Of a stretch of DNA of 64,000 nt, positions 35,517 to 48,000 are shown piece after piece (the first letter of the stretch is position 1; each line of letters starts with the position of its first letter). This DNA comes from Yuukianura sp. NJ FZ-2021. Lineage: Eukaryota. Made by a program: the position numbers and the translations under genes. The notes beneath the pieces were generated by a model that saw only the letters and a program-made list of their open reading frames with translations, made no database searches and was not told where the DNA came from. The stretch is from assembly GCA_046563655.1 (NCBI GenBank), contig CM102288.1, forward strand, positions 5,518,001 through 5,582,000. The letters are read 5' to 3'.

Positions 35517-35824
35517 AATATCTCAAAAATTTCCATAATGCCTTCTATCGATAAAATTTTGAAAAAAACAACTAAAAATTCTAAGTTCACTACACCTCAA
35601 AAAATAAACGGACTGACCCTGTTGATAATGCTGTAATTTTAAAAAAAAAATTCTGTGTATCAAATACGGCTACCATGGAAACCATAAAGAATCCAACATT
35701 ATTTGAAACCATTTTCAAACGATCATAACTGAAAAACCGACGAAAAATCGTCCCTGGATGTTTGCAAGTTTTGAATTTGAGCAGTAAGACTCTGATTTCT
35801 TGACGTTTTCAATCAAAAGTCGAA

Positions 35825-38800
35825 ATGAAGTTAATCACTCTTACAATCGTCGTGACTGTTTTACAAGGTAAGACATTGATTACAATAACTAGGTTAATTC
35901 TTAACTCCGTTTTTAATGTTAATTCTGAATTTTAAACGATTTTAGTGTTCAACGTCAGCATGATTTTCGGAGAAAATGAAAAGCACCTTGAAGTGGAGGG
36001 CGCTTGTGAAAAAAGTTTGCCTTGTAACACAATGAACGACGATGTCAATGGTGAATTCACGACAGTTGAAGCCGTAGACGCTGAAATTCTTGACGCTGGA
36101 ATGCTTGAAGATACTTCTGTCGACGAGCAGCGAATTTTGCGCCGTCAAAAACGCAGCAACGAATCTAGTCCCCAGGAACCCCTCGAGAAAGACTTTCAGT
36201 TTACGGATGACAAGAAATGTGAGTTTTCTTGTCATCGACCGATCAAGATTTAGCAGGGATGAGATATTGTTGGATACTGCGAGATAATTTTGGGATATTA
36301 CGAGATAGTTCTGGATATTTCCAAATATTTTTATCGTTATCACATTTCCTTGTTACAGATTTTTATGATCTGCTTGATGGAAGTGGTGCACATGACAAGT
36401 CGTTGTTTCATAAACAGTCGCCTGATGGATACGCAGAAGCTGACCGAACGAAGCTCCTCCTCTTTGATGTCATGAAATCCGCGTATCCTCCGTTCACTTA
36501 TCGCGGGCTTTACGGTAAAAATTTTACCGTAAAACATAACCTTATTAACCTAAACTAACTTTTAAAAATTCAACTTAGGGAGGAACAACTGGCACAAGAT
36601 TCCAATAGAATCGCTGATGAAGAAGCGAAACAAATCTTTTATGATGTTGGAACACGAGTGTGAGCAGAAAGAGACGCGAGAGGAGGAGAAGAAGTGTGCG
36701 AAAACGGAGTACGTTAAACTACCGAGCTGCAAGTCTCAAGCTGACCAATCGCCCATGGACATCGACACGTAACCTTTCAAATTTTGAAAAAAAATCAAAC
36801 TTTGAAAACTAAAATTTTGTGAATTTTTTTGATAGGTTCAGAGCTCGTGACAGTTCTCTGAAGGAGTTCGAGTTTAGAAACCTCAAAGATGGCCAGGGGA
36901 AGGCCATCAAGTTCCCTTTCATGATGTCAGTTCCATGGGACGGGACGGACATACGTAAGTTACTCAACAAATTTCAAACTAAACTAACAATTTTATAAAG
37001 ATAACTAACTACTAATTAACTAACCTTTGACCTTTGACCTTGCAGTTACCGTTGAGTTGCTGGGCAACCAACCGCCGCCGTCGGTCGAAAAAGGAAGCAT
37101 TTCCGGTCAGAAGCTTCATCTCGAGCGGATCCACATTCATTTCGGAGAAAACGAAACTGTCGGTTCGGAGCACACTCTCAACAACCTCACGTAAACTACA
37201 TACTATTTACGTTTTTACACAATTTTTTTTTACATTTTACTTTTGTACATGGGAGTTATTTTAAATTTACGTGTTGCTTTGAGTTTGAGTTTGAGTTTAT
37301 TATACTGCAAGTACCCTGCATGCAGGCCATTACACTTGAGTTTGAGTTACGTTAAGAAAGGATGTATTACTTTAGTTAGTTGGTAGGTCAATGAAAACAA
37401 ATATTGAAAAATATGAGGCAATTTAAAAAAAGGGTTACATTGATAAAATTAAGATAAAAAGTTAAAATTAAAATTATTTCAGACAAAAGAATTACTTAAG
37501 GTAGAGTCAAGACAGGACATATTTGCTAGGTTTGAACTTTTTGTCGTCGTCAAGATTTGTAAATTCAGAAAATGCTTGTGAAGGGCATTCCGGAAGTGAG
37601 CAAATGGTTTGCCAATTCCAAGATCCTGAAGTTCAGTCGGTAGGGCGCAGATTATTTTTGCAATTGTAGGAATAAAGGCCTTTGAATGGAAACATTTGTC
37701 ATTCACAGAAACGTAGGATCCGCTTCGTGTCGATTTTCTTTGTCTTAGGCAGTTTTCAATTTGTAAGATGGTCTCCTGGAAGTATGGAATTTGATGAGAC
37801 TTCATTTTAGCAAATACTTGAACCAATTCGAAGAGGTTGTGATGGGTAGGTAGTAACCATTGGAGTTCAAAGTTTAGCTTCTCCATGACACAGTCGCGTT
37901 TTCTGAATTGATAGATGAATCTTATACTTTTCCGAAAAATCTTGTTGATGCACTTAAATTGGGAGGTTTTGCAGTTTGCCCAAATGATCAGCATGTATTG
38001 CAAAATTGCAAAATTTATTGATTTACGTCAATGCGTTGTAGGTACTCGATGGAAATCCAGTTCATTTTTACGAAGAGAAAAAGTGGTGATGGCGTTCGAC
38101 AACCGAGTGACCTCCAGTACTGGGACCTCCTGATGCAGTACTACACGAAAGCTGGGGAGCCCAACAGACACAAGAATGTGCACATCATTGCATTCTGGGT
38201 CAAGGTCATTGTACGTCCACTAACGTAACTAAATTCCTTTTTTCTAAATTTTTACATAATATTTTCATAAATTTCGTAAAATTGTTGTAGGAGGATGAAA
38301 AGTTCAAAAGCGGGAGAGGGGACTGGAACGATCCCTGGAACAAAGAGGCGAGCAATGCATTTGGTGCCTTGGCAAGGGCAGCTAGAAGTACGTAATTTTA
38401 ACACATCCTAAAACTTTTGTTTTCTGATTGGCGGTAAACTTCTGCGCATGTGTGTTGTGTGATGTTAATTTTTTTTAATTTAGAATTCTGGGCTATTCAC
38501 AACACTCTGCAAAATCCAAACTCACCAAACACCGGTTCTGAGAATCCGTCGCCAAACATGACCGAAACTGGAAATACGACAGCAGGATCAAGCAAGCGGC
38601 GGAGACAAGCAAGTGATGGCGATACGAATGGAACCGCTCCGGTTTCACCTTCCAACGGAACCGGCTCTGCTCCGCGACCACCGTCGAAGTTCAAATACAG
38701 AGCAGTTATTAGCGTAAGTGCTTTTTTAAAAATGAATTTTCCAAAAAAGTTTCATTTTTCAAAGAGAACATGATCATAAATTATTGTTCCTAATTTCAGA

Positions 38801-39377
38801 CTGGATCCGAAGCACTGGAACTGGGAGCCTTTTTTCCACCGCAAGTGCTGGACGCGAGACAGAAGAAGCAGCGTGACAGCATCTACTACAACTACAAAGG
38901 CGGCATCACGCATCCACCGTGTTTCAGTTACGTGGAATGGGACATCTACGACCGACCTTTGTACATTCCAAATTCTATGGTAAAGTTGTCACTAATTCAG
39001 CAGTGAAGCAGTCATAGAGCAGCAAAAGTAATACGTGTCATGTGACATTTTTTCAGTGGTTCGACTTCCTGTACATGCACTCGGAGTTTGACGACACAAA
39101 GTACATCGCTGGCAACTACAGATTGCCGGTCCATGTGTATGTAGAAGCCTTGGACAGCAAGAGGACGGAATCTTGGACGAGCAAGAACGAAGAGGAAAGA
39201 CAGAAAGTATTGGCGAAGATGGCCAAACGAGACTTGCGCAGAAGCAAACCCTCAGGCAGAGATTCCGACAATTACTACTACACAGACTTGAGCTCCACAC
39301 CAAAAACTCCGTCTGAACTCAACCCACTCATCGCCACTGCTGCCATCACACAGATACTTTTTAGAACTATGGGTTGA
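35825..39377 (+). CDS. Secreted alpha-carbonic anhydrase-like protein, probably acatalytic (CARP-like); ~11 exons
   Basis: Signal peptide MKLITLTIVVTVLQV; QSPMDIDT; LERIHIHFGENETVGSEHTLNNLTYSMEIQF; YYNYKGGITHPPCFSYVEWDI; GNYRLP. All introns are GT-AG and join in frame. Confidence 0.85.
37278..38003 (-). mobile_element. 5'-truncated non-LTR retrotransposon (L2/Crack/CR1-like) 3' end in a CA intron
   Basis: Minus-strand ORF resembles a LINE ORF2 C-terminus (YMLIIWA...IRFIY..RKRD...LQWL...LP..L....F...L). It is followed by a 3' UTR ending AATAAA-(CTCAAA)n. Confidence 0.7.
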
Positions 39378-40257
39378 CACAGTATGCTATTATACATAAT
39401 AATATTATAATATAATAATAATAATTATCATCTTCCTGTATAGTTATTCGTTTTTTCCCTTCTTTTTTGGAATTTTGTGACGCTAAATGCAGTTTTAGTA
39501 AAACAATCCTAAGGGTGATTGAACGTAAAGGCTGCCCTCTTCTGCATCGATGCGAGCACTTCGCGCCTGCGCAGACACTGGCCAATGGTTGCTGTTTTTA
39601 ACATGCGCCTAGGGTAGTTAGATTATAAGTAGGTTACTATAATTCGACTTGGATTTTAGCACAAATTAAAAGAAACAAGTGGATTTGATTGTCATAGTCA
39701 ACCATCCGCTTTAAATTGAAAAATTTGTTAAATAGTATGAAAAAACGATCAACATTTTTTTGTTTTCAATTTTGTCATGGATTTTTTTCTAGAATTTAGA
39801 TTCGTTCGCTTTTGAAATTGTGAATTCACAAAGAGTGTCTTTGAGCGTCTTTTAACCCTCAATAAGGATGAAGCCCAAAAATTTTTCAACTGTGGAAATT
39901 CTAAGAATATAATTTTGAAGGTTAATGCAGGTCGTTCTTGTCAACCGAAAATACGCCCAAGATAGAGGCAGTCATTTCATGTTCCACATAATCTAGCTTC
40001 ATGACAATTCTTATAGGCCTTTGAAAGTTGCCTCAATATTCATTTTTAAGCTAAAAAGGCACTTCAGATATTTTTAAATTGAAACTAACCAAAGTCAATC
40101 AGGCCGGAAGGCATTGGTCCATTGAACGCTTAAGAATCTGTTTGAACAATTCTATTCCCAATTCGCACTCTGTCAACGTCATAACTCTGTAGTTGAAACA
40201 TTTCCCACATCAAAAAATTGCAACCGGCTAATTCTTTTCAAAACTCTTCAACCCAGC

Positions 40258-41095
40258 ATGGACGACAATTATAGCTTTGAAACTGTGCAACTACGCTTTA
40301 CAAATGAAATCAACATTCACGGAGTCCCTAGCAAGACATGGCGTGCGCGTTGGCGGATTTTCATGAGGACACTTCCAAATGGTCGACAGCGTGTAGTTTT
40401 GGGTTTAAGAATTCCGTCACCCCAAGGTAAGACATCATTCGTTCGACCTGCGTTGAGTAGTTAACTTAAAAGAGTTGTACACCCAGTTTAAACCACACAG
40501 AAATTCAGAAAACCAACAACAAAAAATTAAAATGTACAATATTACATATTATGCCAGGAGACCGAACACGCGAATTCGAGTTCGCAAGACAACTGAGAAA
40601 TGTAATTCATGTTGTACATGTGGGGCAACAACAGCTCCGACTACGTTACGAGGAACCAGACGGTGTTCTCGAAGACGTTCTAATCACCGTGCGTTGCCGA
40701 ATAGGTAAGTGTAACGTTCACGGCATCTCAATGAATTTGCACATGATTTTGGTTTTGCAAAGCCAAGATTTAAAAAAAAACGCAATCGAGAAAGTATTAT
40801 TATAAATATAAGTTTGATTATTGGTTTCAGACTTTAATTACATTCGAGGGTTTCTTCGGAAGGCAGCTCAACGTTGGATAATCCACAACAACGTAAGTTT
40901 TCAACCTCTTTAATGTATTCTTTATGCAAAGGATGAATTCTGGAATGTAATTTCGAACAAATGGTGTGAACACACCGTGCGCACCAGTTGGCTAACATCA
41001 GTTGATTTTTAGTTTATCGCTCGAAACCGTTTGTACTAGTAATGAAGATCATGCATACAATTTTTCAGAATATCTCATCTTCCAGAGGACTTTAG
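40258..41095 (+). CDS. Hypothetical small protein (134 aa, 4 exons), no recognised family
   Basis: Exons 40258-40426, 40558-40704, 40831-40892 and 41069-41095 have strong donors (gtaaga, gtaagt, gtaagt) and join in frame to give 405 nt. Confidence 0.6.
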
Positions 41096-42002
41096 TGATC
41101 ATGCAGACATAACGACAGAAATTTTATAGACTGACTACTGAATTAGCGTTCCAAATTTTAGTTTTTTTTTTCTTTTTGAAGTATCATTAGTTGTTTACCT
41201 TGGAGCTTTGCCGTTACTGAATTTAAAATATCAACCATGTTATTAAATTTTGACAATTCCACTTCTGCATAGTTTTATTCTTGACTAGTCTTTTTTTTTT
41301 GTATTTTAGAAAGAGATGAGTGAGTTCGAGTTTTGAGAAAGGTCAGAGCCAAGTCCAAATGGGAGGCAACAGAACACATCAAAATCAAAACTAGATATCT
41401 TACAATACAATTCAAGCCTTACAAAGATAAATCTTCCGGTCCATTGCCCAGTATCCTCCGAACTATTGCTTAGCTGTAGTTGGAATTGTTCTTGCGACTC
41501 AAAGCTTTGAAGAATAATGTAAATGTAATCATCAATACCCACGGTAACTTCGTCAGTGCTGATGTACTTAGTTTTTTTATATTACGCTTTTCATGGAACC
41601 TTAATGTAAACTTGTAATTTACTTCCAGTTGTCCTCACTCACTATATTCAGTGACTCTACTCACTCACTAAAAGTATTTACCGTATTTATATAAGATTTC
41701 GCACTAAGTCAATTTTCGTAGCAATTAAGCAATTTCCTCGCAACAATTGGTTTCGTAGTAATGTGGTTTCGCAGCAAAGTACCATTCACGGAAGTACCTT
41801 TCGAAGGAAATGGTTTCTCAGTAATTCAATCGCAGCAATATGGTATGGAACGCGCAATGGTTGCCGTTCATCAAATACGCCTAGGTTATTTAGGTTATTG
41901 ACTAGGAACATTAACTTACTAACGATATTGGCTAAAATTGTAATAAAAAGTAAAAATAACGATAATACTTATTAGAAGCAAACAGGAACAGCGGCGCTCG
42001 AT

Positions 42003-45000
42003 CTACTTGATGTCGCAGAGAAGTGCTACTCCGCGAAGAACCCAGTGTTTGGGTGGAGTGTCTGTTTGGAAGTCGATAGATCCAATGTAGTTGGCGTCCG
42101 TTCGACGCGGTTTCCTGTAAATCGGACACTCGTACAGTCGTGGATCTTTGCCCAAAGTTGTGTTCACTGCAAAGATGAAGATGACTGGAACGGGTTCGTA
42201 CAGCACTTTCGGCTTGCTCTCAACCAACTTCCCAGAACGTTTTTCCACGGAAGCTCCCTCCACGAACAGGCCATGCACGTACACACCTGAAACAATCATA
42301 TTTTACATTTGTAACAAAAAAATAAGAAGCCGAGCGGGGTTCGATCCCAAGAATCCCTCTATTCCGGAGATGTGCTATCCAAAGTGGCTGATTCAATTTC
42401 TAAGCGGTTTGGCACATACTATTGCAAAACGTCATTACTTGGTTAGAAATACCTTCCATCGGTGGTTCGTTGATGTCTTCCTTCCAGAACCGTGTGACGA
42501 CGTTCTGCAGAACGACGGAGTCCAACGCCCATCCTTTGTGTGCCCGTGTGACCTCCTTTCGCACAAAAAAATTTCGAAACAAAAATATTTACGTAATTTC
42601 AAAATTTTAAAAAGTTTTTTGAACAATTTTTTGAAAATGTTATTTCACCTGACGCATGGCGGTGAGGAATCCTTGTGGATTGAAAAATCCTGTCATCCAG
42701 AAAACGCGTGGTTTTCCAAATGATAACCAACTGCGATACTGGGTGTACCGCTCCAGCAATTCCGTAAACCAAAAGCCAATGGAACTCGAATCCCAGGAAA
42801 TCTGAAAAAGTAAAACTCAAAACTACTTTCAAAAATTTTTGAAAAAAAAATATAAATTTGGAAATTTCAAAATTTATGGCCAACCTTCCTCCAAGTGGGT
42901 GGAACTTGTGCATTGTACATTGCGTCGAGTGACTCCCGTAGCACACTGCTCATGATAATTGTTCCATCAATTGCCAATTTCAAATCACTCAAAGTTTGAC
43001 GCACAATTAACAAAACTTTGCCCATTCGATCCAACTCTTGTCTCAGAAAAATGTTCATCGGAAGCAGAGCTCCAAGTTTGCTCAGTGCATCTTTCACCTA
43101 AAACAAACAATTCTACTGAATTAGTTACACAAGTTTAACTCATCAATTAATTCATTTCACACTAATTAACCAAAACTTGATTACCTCAAAAGAGACATAG
43201 GGAAGAGGCAACTTCTTCAACATTTCATCCGCGAGACGATACACGACGTCCTCTCGTGACTCTCCGCCTGCACTCCCACTCTGTTTCGGCTGAACTCCGA
43301 GAATCGCTTCGGAAATGTTCTTGACTGCGTTGATTTGATAAGTGATGTCTGCATTCGGATGGAGACCGAACACTTCCGGAGAATCCCGAATCGGAAGGTT
43401 GTTGATGACGTCGTTGATGACAATGAGGTTCTTCGTACATGGAGCTCGGTAGCCCTTGCTAAACTCAAAGTGACCGTGCAAAACGGCTTCGCAGAACCAC
43501 GATGTTGTCAGAGTATTCAACAGTCTCTTGTCAAAATCATCTAAGAAAAAATCACACACAAAGTTACAAAATCCAAAAAAAAAACATCAACCTTGAAAAA
43601 ATTTTGATAAAAGTATATCCTGCGAAAAAGAAAAATCAACCAGCGAAGTTTTTTTTAATGAGATTGAAAATACGCTGAAAATGAACCTCAATGGAGTTGG
43701 CTCAAAATTTTTCAAACTAAATTTCAAAATTTTCAAGAAAAAGGAGCCTGTTTCCAGCGAATTTCTCACGAAAAAGATTTTTTTCTTTCGAAAAAAAAAA
43801 ATAACAACAAGTAGCGACACTGCCGGGATTTACCAGTGACGCGACCTCCGTATTGAACTTCTCCAATCATATAGCAGACGGTGGGCCAGGAAATGATTTG
43901 CTGCAAGTTTCAAACCAAAATTTTTTAATTATAGTGGATTTCCATATTTTATTATTTATATTATCTAATATATCTACATACAACTATAATCAAATTGTTT
44001 TACCTTTCTAGGATTAAGTTCCTCCAAATGATTCTGGATAAATTGAACGCTGGCAGTGAAATCCGCCTTGTTAAATTCATACGGAATGTTCCAGCCCAGC
44101 GGTCCGAATTTTCTGCGTTCTTGCACAATCGTGTGCAGAAAAGCCACGGCGTAGAGAAGAACCGAAAAATGCTTAGATCCAGTATAGTCCAGATAATCCT
44201 GTAAAGAATTCAAAAATTACCACCTAACGGCTAACTACTTACCACCTAACCACCTCCCCACGGTACTTTTACCGCCATTTTTTGAAAGAAACATTCCGAC
44301 CTGGGTAATGCTTTGGTACGTTCGTTTCATGCTTGCTCTGATGCCTTGTGGCGGTTCATTTGTAAATTTGATTCCAGCGTGGAGGAGACTGATGGGAAAT
44401 CCCGGGTAGCATTCAGTTGTCAGCCAGAGTCTGAAATTACTGTGAATCGCTGGAGCTTCATTAAGAATTGTCATGATTTCATCGCAGAACTGAAGTGACA
44501 AGTGACAGTTCTGCAGAAGTGTCCAACTTCCACTGCTCATAGACTCGGTGATGAGGTTCTTTGCAAAGTTCTCTTGCCCTTGACCAAGTGACACAACTTT
44601 GATCGGGGTGGCCTTGACTTTAGCCAGAGTCTCAATTTCATTGGTCGGATCAGATCCAATGGATAAGAGGCAGATGAGGGGCGTCCTTTCGTCAGACTCG
44701 CTCCACGTCGACTCCAAGTCTAGAATTCGACTCTCTCCAAACTCCGGTCCAAGCGAAGCTGAAACCAAAGTCAAAGGTCAATTCAGAATTTGGAACTAAG
44801 GTCAAAGGTCAGCAGTCAGCGATTCAGAGTCGTTGGCAGAAAATAATGTTAAGAGTTACCCATGACGTATATTTTTGCTTGAGAAAGCGTCCTGTCCGGA
44901 CACCATGACCGGACGAGCAGCAGTTTCCGGAAGGGGTCCAGCGGTGTCTTGAATCCGGAGGGCAACGGAGCTGTTTCTGGAGCTTCCATTTCTTCCCAAT

Positions 45001-48000
45001 CTCTCCACTCTGTTTCTCGTTCCACAACCTAAAAGCAAAACCAGAAAAAATTTTTAGTTTTCCTTTCAATTTTACTTATTTTTTCAAATTTTCAAATTTT
45101 CGTTTCAACTTTTTGAAAAATGTCTCTACCTCTGCGAGGATTTTCGTAAAAGGTTCCTGTTTTGACAATTCGACGAGATTGAGCCACGTGATGTCGGAGA
45201 TCCATTTGAACGGTTTTGGCTGAACCGCTGTCAGATCTAGCGAAGCGCCTCCTGTTCAAAAAGAACAAGGGATACAAAAATATAAAACCATAAAAGAAAA
45301 AGTAAACATTTGAAAGAAAATTAAAATTTTCAAAATCTGAAATCTGACCTTTGATGAGGACCATGAACTCGTCGTGGGTGATGTGGCCTTCGTGGAGATG
45401 AATTTTAAGTGCCATTAGCAGTGTGAAGAGGAATCTATCTTTAACAAAAAGCGCCCTCTGCACAAACTGCCAAACTTCGATATTGATTCTGCTGAGGACG
45501 ATGGAAATCCTCTCTTCAGTGCTCACTCCACGGACGGATAGTTTGATCGAAGAGTCAAACAGATTGAGAAACTGTTTGAGAGATGTCTGGTACATTGAAT
45601 TGACCTTGGCCAGCTCAACCACTAAAAAGTACAAAACACTTCCTCTGCTGGCGATTGGACGAAACTCGTTCCGCGCAGCCGTGATCTTCTGCTCAGTTTC
45701 TTCAGAAACTTCTAACTTTTCCTTTACTTCTTCCGCAGTGGTTTTAGTTTCACGCAGAACGCGGATCAGTTCTTCATCGTCAACCAACGAACCCTGTGAA
45801 AAGTTTACAATAAAGTATTTTTTTAGAATTTTGACCTTCAGTTTTCAAAATTTTTAAATTTTATGAAAAAACAAACCTTTGAAGTTGACAGTTTGAGAAG
45901 AAGACTGTCTTCCAGCAACTTCATACTTCGCTTGTTCTGCATTACGGACTCAAACAAAGCCATTCTCTCCGCTTCCAAATCGGCCTTCTCCATCAAAATC
46001 ACTCGACCTGAAATGATGTAAGTTATGTAAATTATGTTATGTAGGTATGTAAATTTTTAAAGTAAGAGTTCTTTTTTAAAAGATGTACCGAGCAACTGAT
46101 CTTCGAGTCCCTTCATGGTGACAGTGAAGTCGATAATTGACGTTTTGGCGCTGATTTCTGGAGTGTAAAAGGGGTTGGCGAGTTTAGTTGTGATGTAGAG
46201 CATGAATCCTCGCATGACATCGCACTCTTTGTCACCTACGACCACTTTCTCAATTGTTCCTGACTTGATGAAGTTCTTTTCCAGAACATTGTCCAGCACT
46301 GGGTCCAGTTCCTCTCCAACGTCCTCGATCAACAGAGGGCGTCCCAGACTCAGGCTGTCTTCCAAGTGGTTCCGAAAATACTTGTGGTTCAGAGAAGTAA
46401 TCTTCAAAAAGAGAAACCAAAATTAAAAACTACTTGCAAATTTTCGACAAGTCATTTTCTGTAGCATTTCTAAAATTTTGAGTGCCATTAGATCATTTCC
46501 GGCTTCCTTGGCTTTGATCCAAGCTTTCCCTTGACTCTGCGGATCCACTAACAACGGATACGAAGATCCAGTCGTTACTATAATTGCGTTTTCAATTGAC
46601 AATTCGTCATTCGGCAGACCTTGGAGTGTCCACTCAGAAATCTACACAATGGTACATAAAATAATTAAAACAATACTAGAAATAATTAAAATATTATAAT
46701 AATTAATTAAAATAATTAATTGTTTACTTCAGATGACTCCACCAAAAGAGACTGCGGAGTGAAGCCCTCTGTATGTGGAATGTTGTACTTGGTGATCAAC
46801 TTCAACGTCTGATTGGACAACAGAGCTCGATACTCTTGGTTGAATGGACCGGAATACGCTAAGAACGACGTCGTACTCACAATATCTCCGACAAGTCTGA
46901 AAGAAAAAAGAATTATAAGAGGAGTCGTACCCACGACACCCTTTTTCCAGGAAGACGCTCTAGCCAATTCGCAGGAGACAACTGTCTAAATCTTACCTTC
47001 CCATGATTTCCTTCAGTTCTTTGCTCTGATCCGTCCAGCGTCTGTTCTCTCCGCTGAGTCCGTCAATGAGTGCCAACGCAGTAGACATTTTCCTGCGACA
47101 GGTTTCTGCAGCATCCGTCAGTTGCTCAGTTTTCATCAGAGCCGAGTTGTACTCCATTTGAACAGACTCCAGTTCGATTTCTTTCTCTTTTAGCTCCTCC
47201 TCCAGTCGCTCTAAATCTGAAACTGCCGTTCGATGTCTTGCTTCCTGCAGAGCCAAGTTAGCCTTCAGAGGTAAAACTTCTTTGTTGACTCCGAAGAAGA
47301 ATGCCATGGCTTTCGTCCAGCTTAAAAGTCCCGCCACGTCACCACAAACTCTCTTGGCATCGTCCATCTGATAATCGTCCATTCGGAAGTAAGGCTCCAG
47401 CAGGTCAATGATCTCCTCGTTGATCAAATCCTTCGGATAGTTTTGCAACTGAACCAGAAAAGTAGTGCTGGACATCATCTAAAAAACACATTCAAAAAAA
47501 TAATTCAATGTAATCAATTACATCATTTTATGTAAATTCGGCGTCCAGGTAGCTGAACGGCTTATTTGAGTTCATATATAGTACGCCTTGTATTGACGAC
47601 ATTAATGTAATATCAGAAATTACCTTGAGGGCTTCTGCCCACGATGGTTTAGGGCAGGGTAGCTGTGGATCAGGAAATGTCCAATGGAGTTTCTTCTGGA
47701 AGAGAATGAGGACGCAGTCCATGATGCGCATGATCAGATGTGGAGGACGACCCAGTTTCCGCACTGTGGCAATATGTGCTGGCAATATTGTGTTCAGAGC
47801 TGCTTCAGCTTCCTACCCAAAGACAACATTTCTAATAAATACAATTTACTATGAATATGGCTAATTAGATTGTCAGTTTTTAGAATGTGAACCTCCAGCG
47901 CAGGTTTCGCTGCTTCCAACTTCTCCTCAGCGATGGCTCGATCCGCCTCGATTTCTTTTACCTAAATGAAAACATGAAATGCGTGCGTAGAATTTTTTGA

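Noticed and set aside
41700..41900. Degenerate ttcgNagcaat repeats with taggtt motifs
   Set aside because: Probably a decayed repeat; no definable termini or TSD.
44770..44811. GGTCAAAGGTCA nuclear-receptor DR1-like motifs (also near 37023, 52282 and 55684)
   Set aside because: The motif also occurs inside a foldback repeat and in tiny introns; nothing separates regulatory function from repeat-derived sequence.
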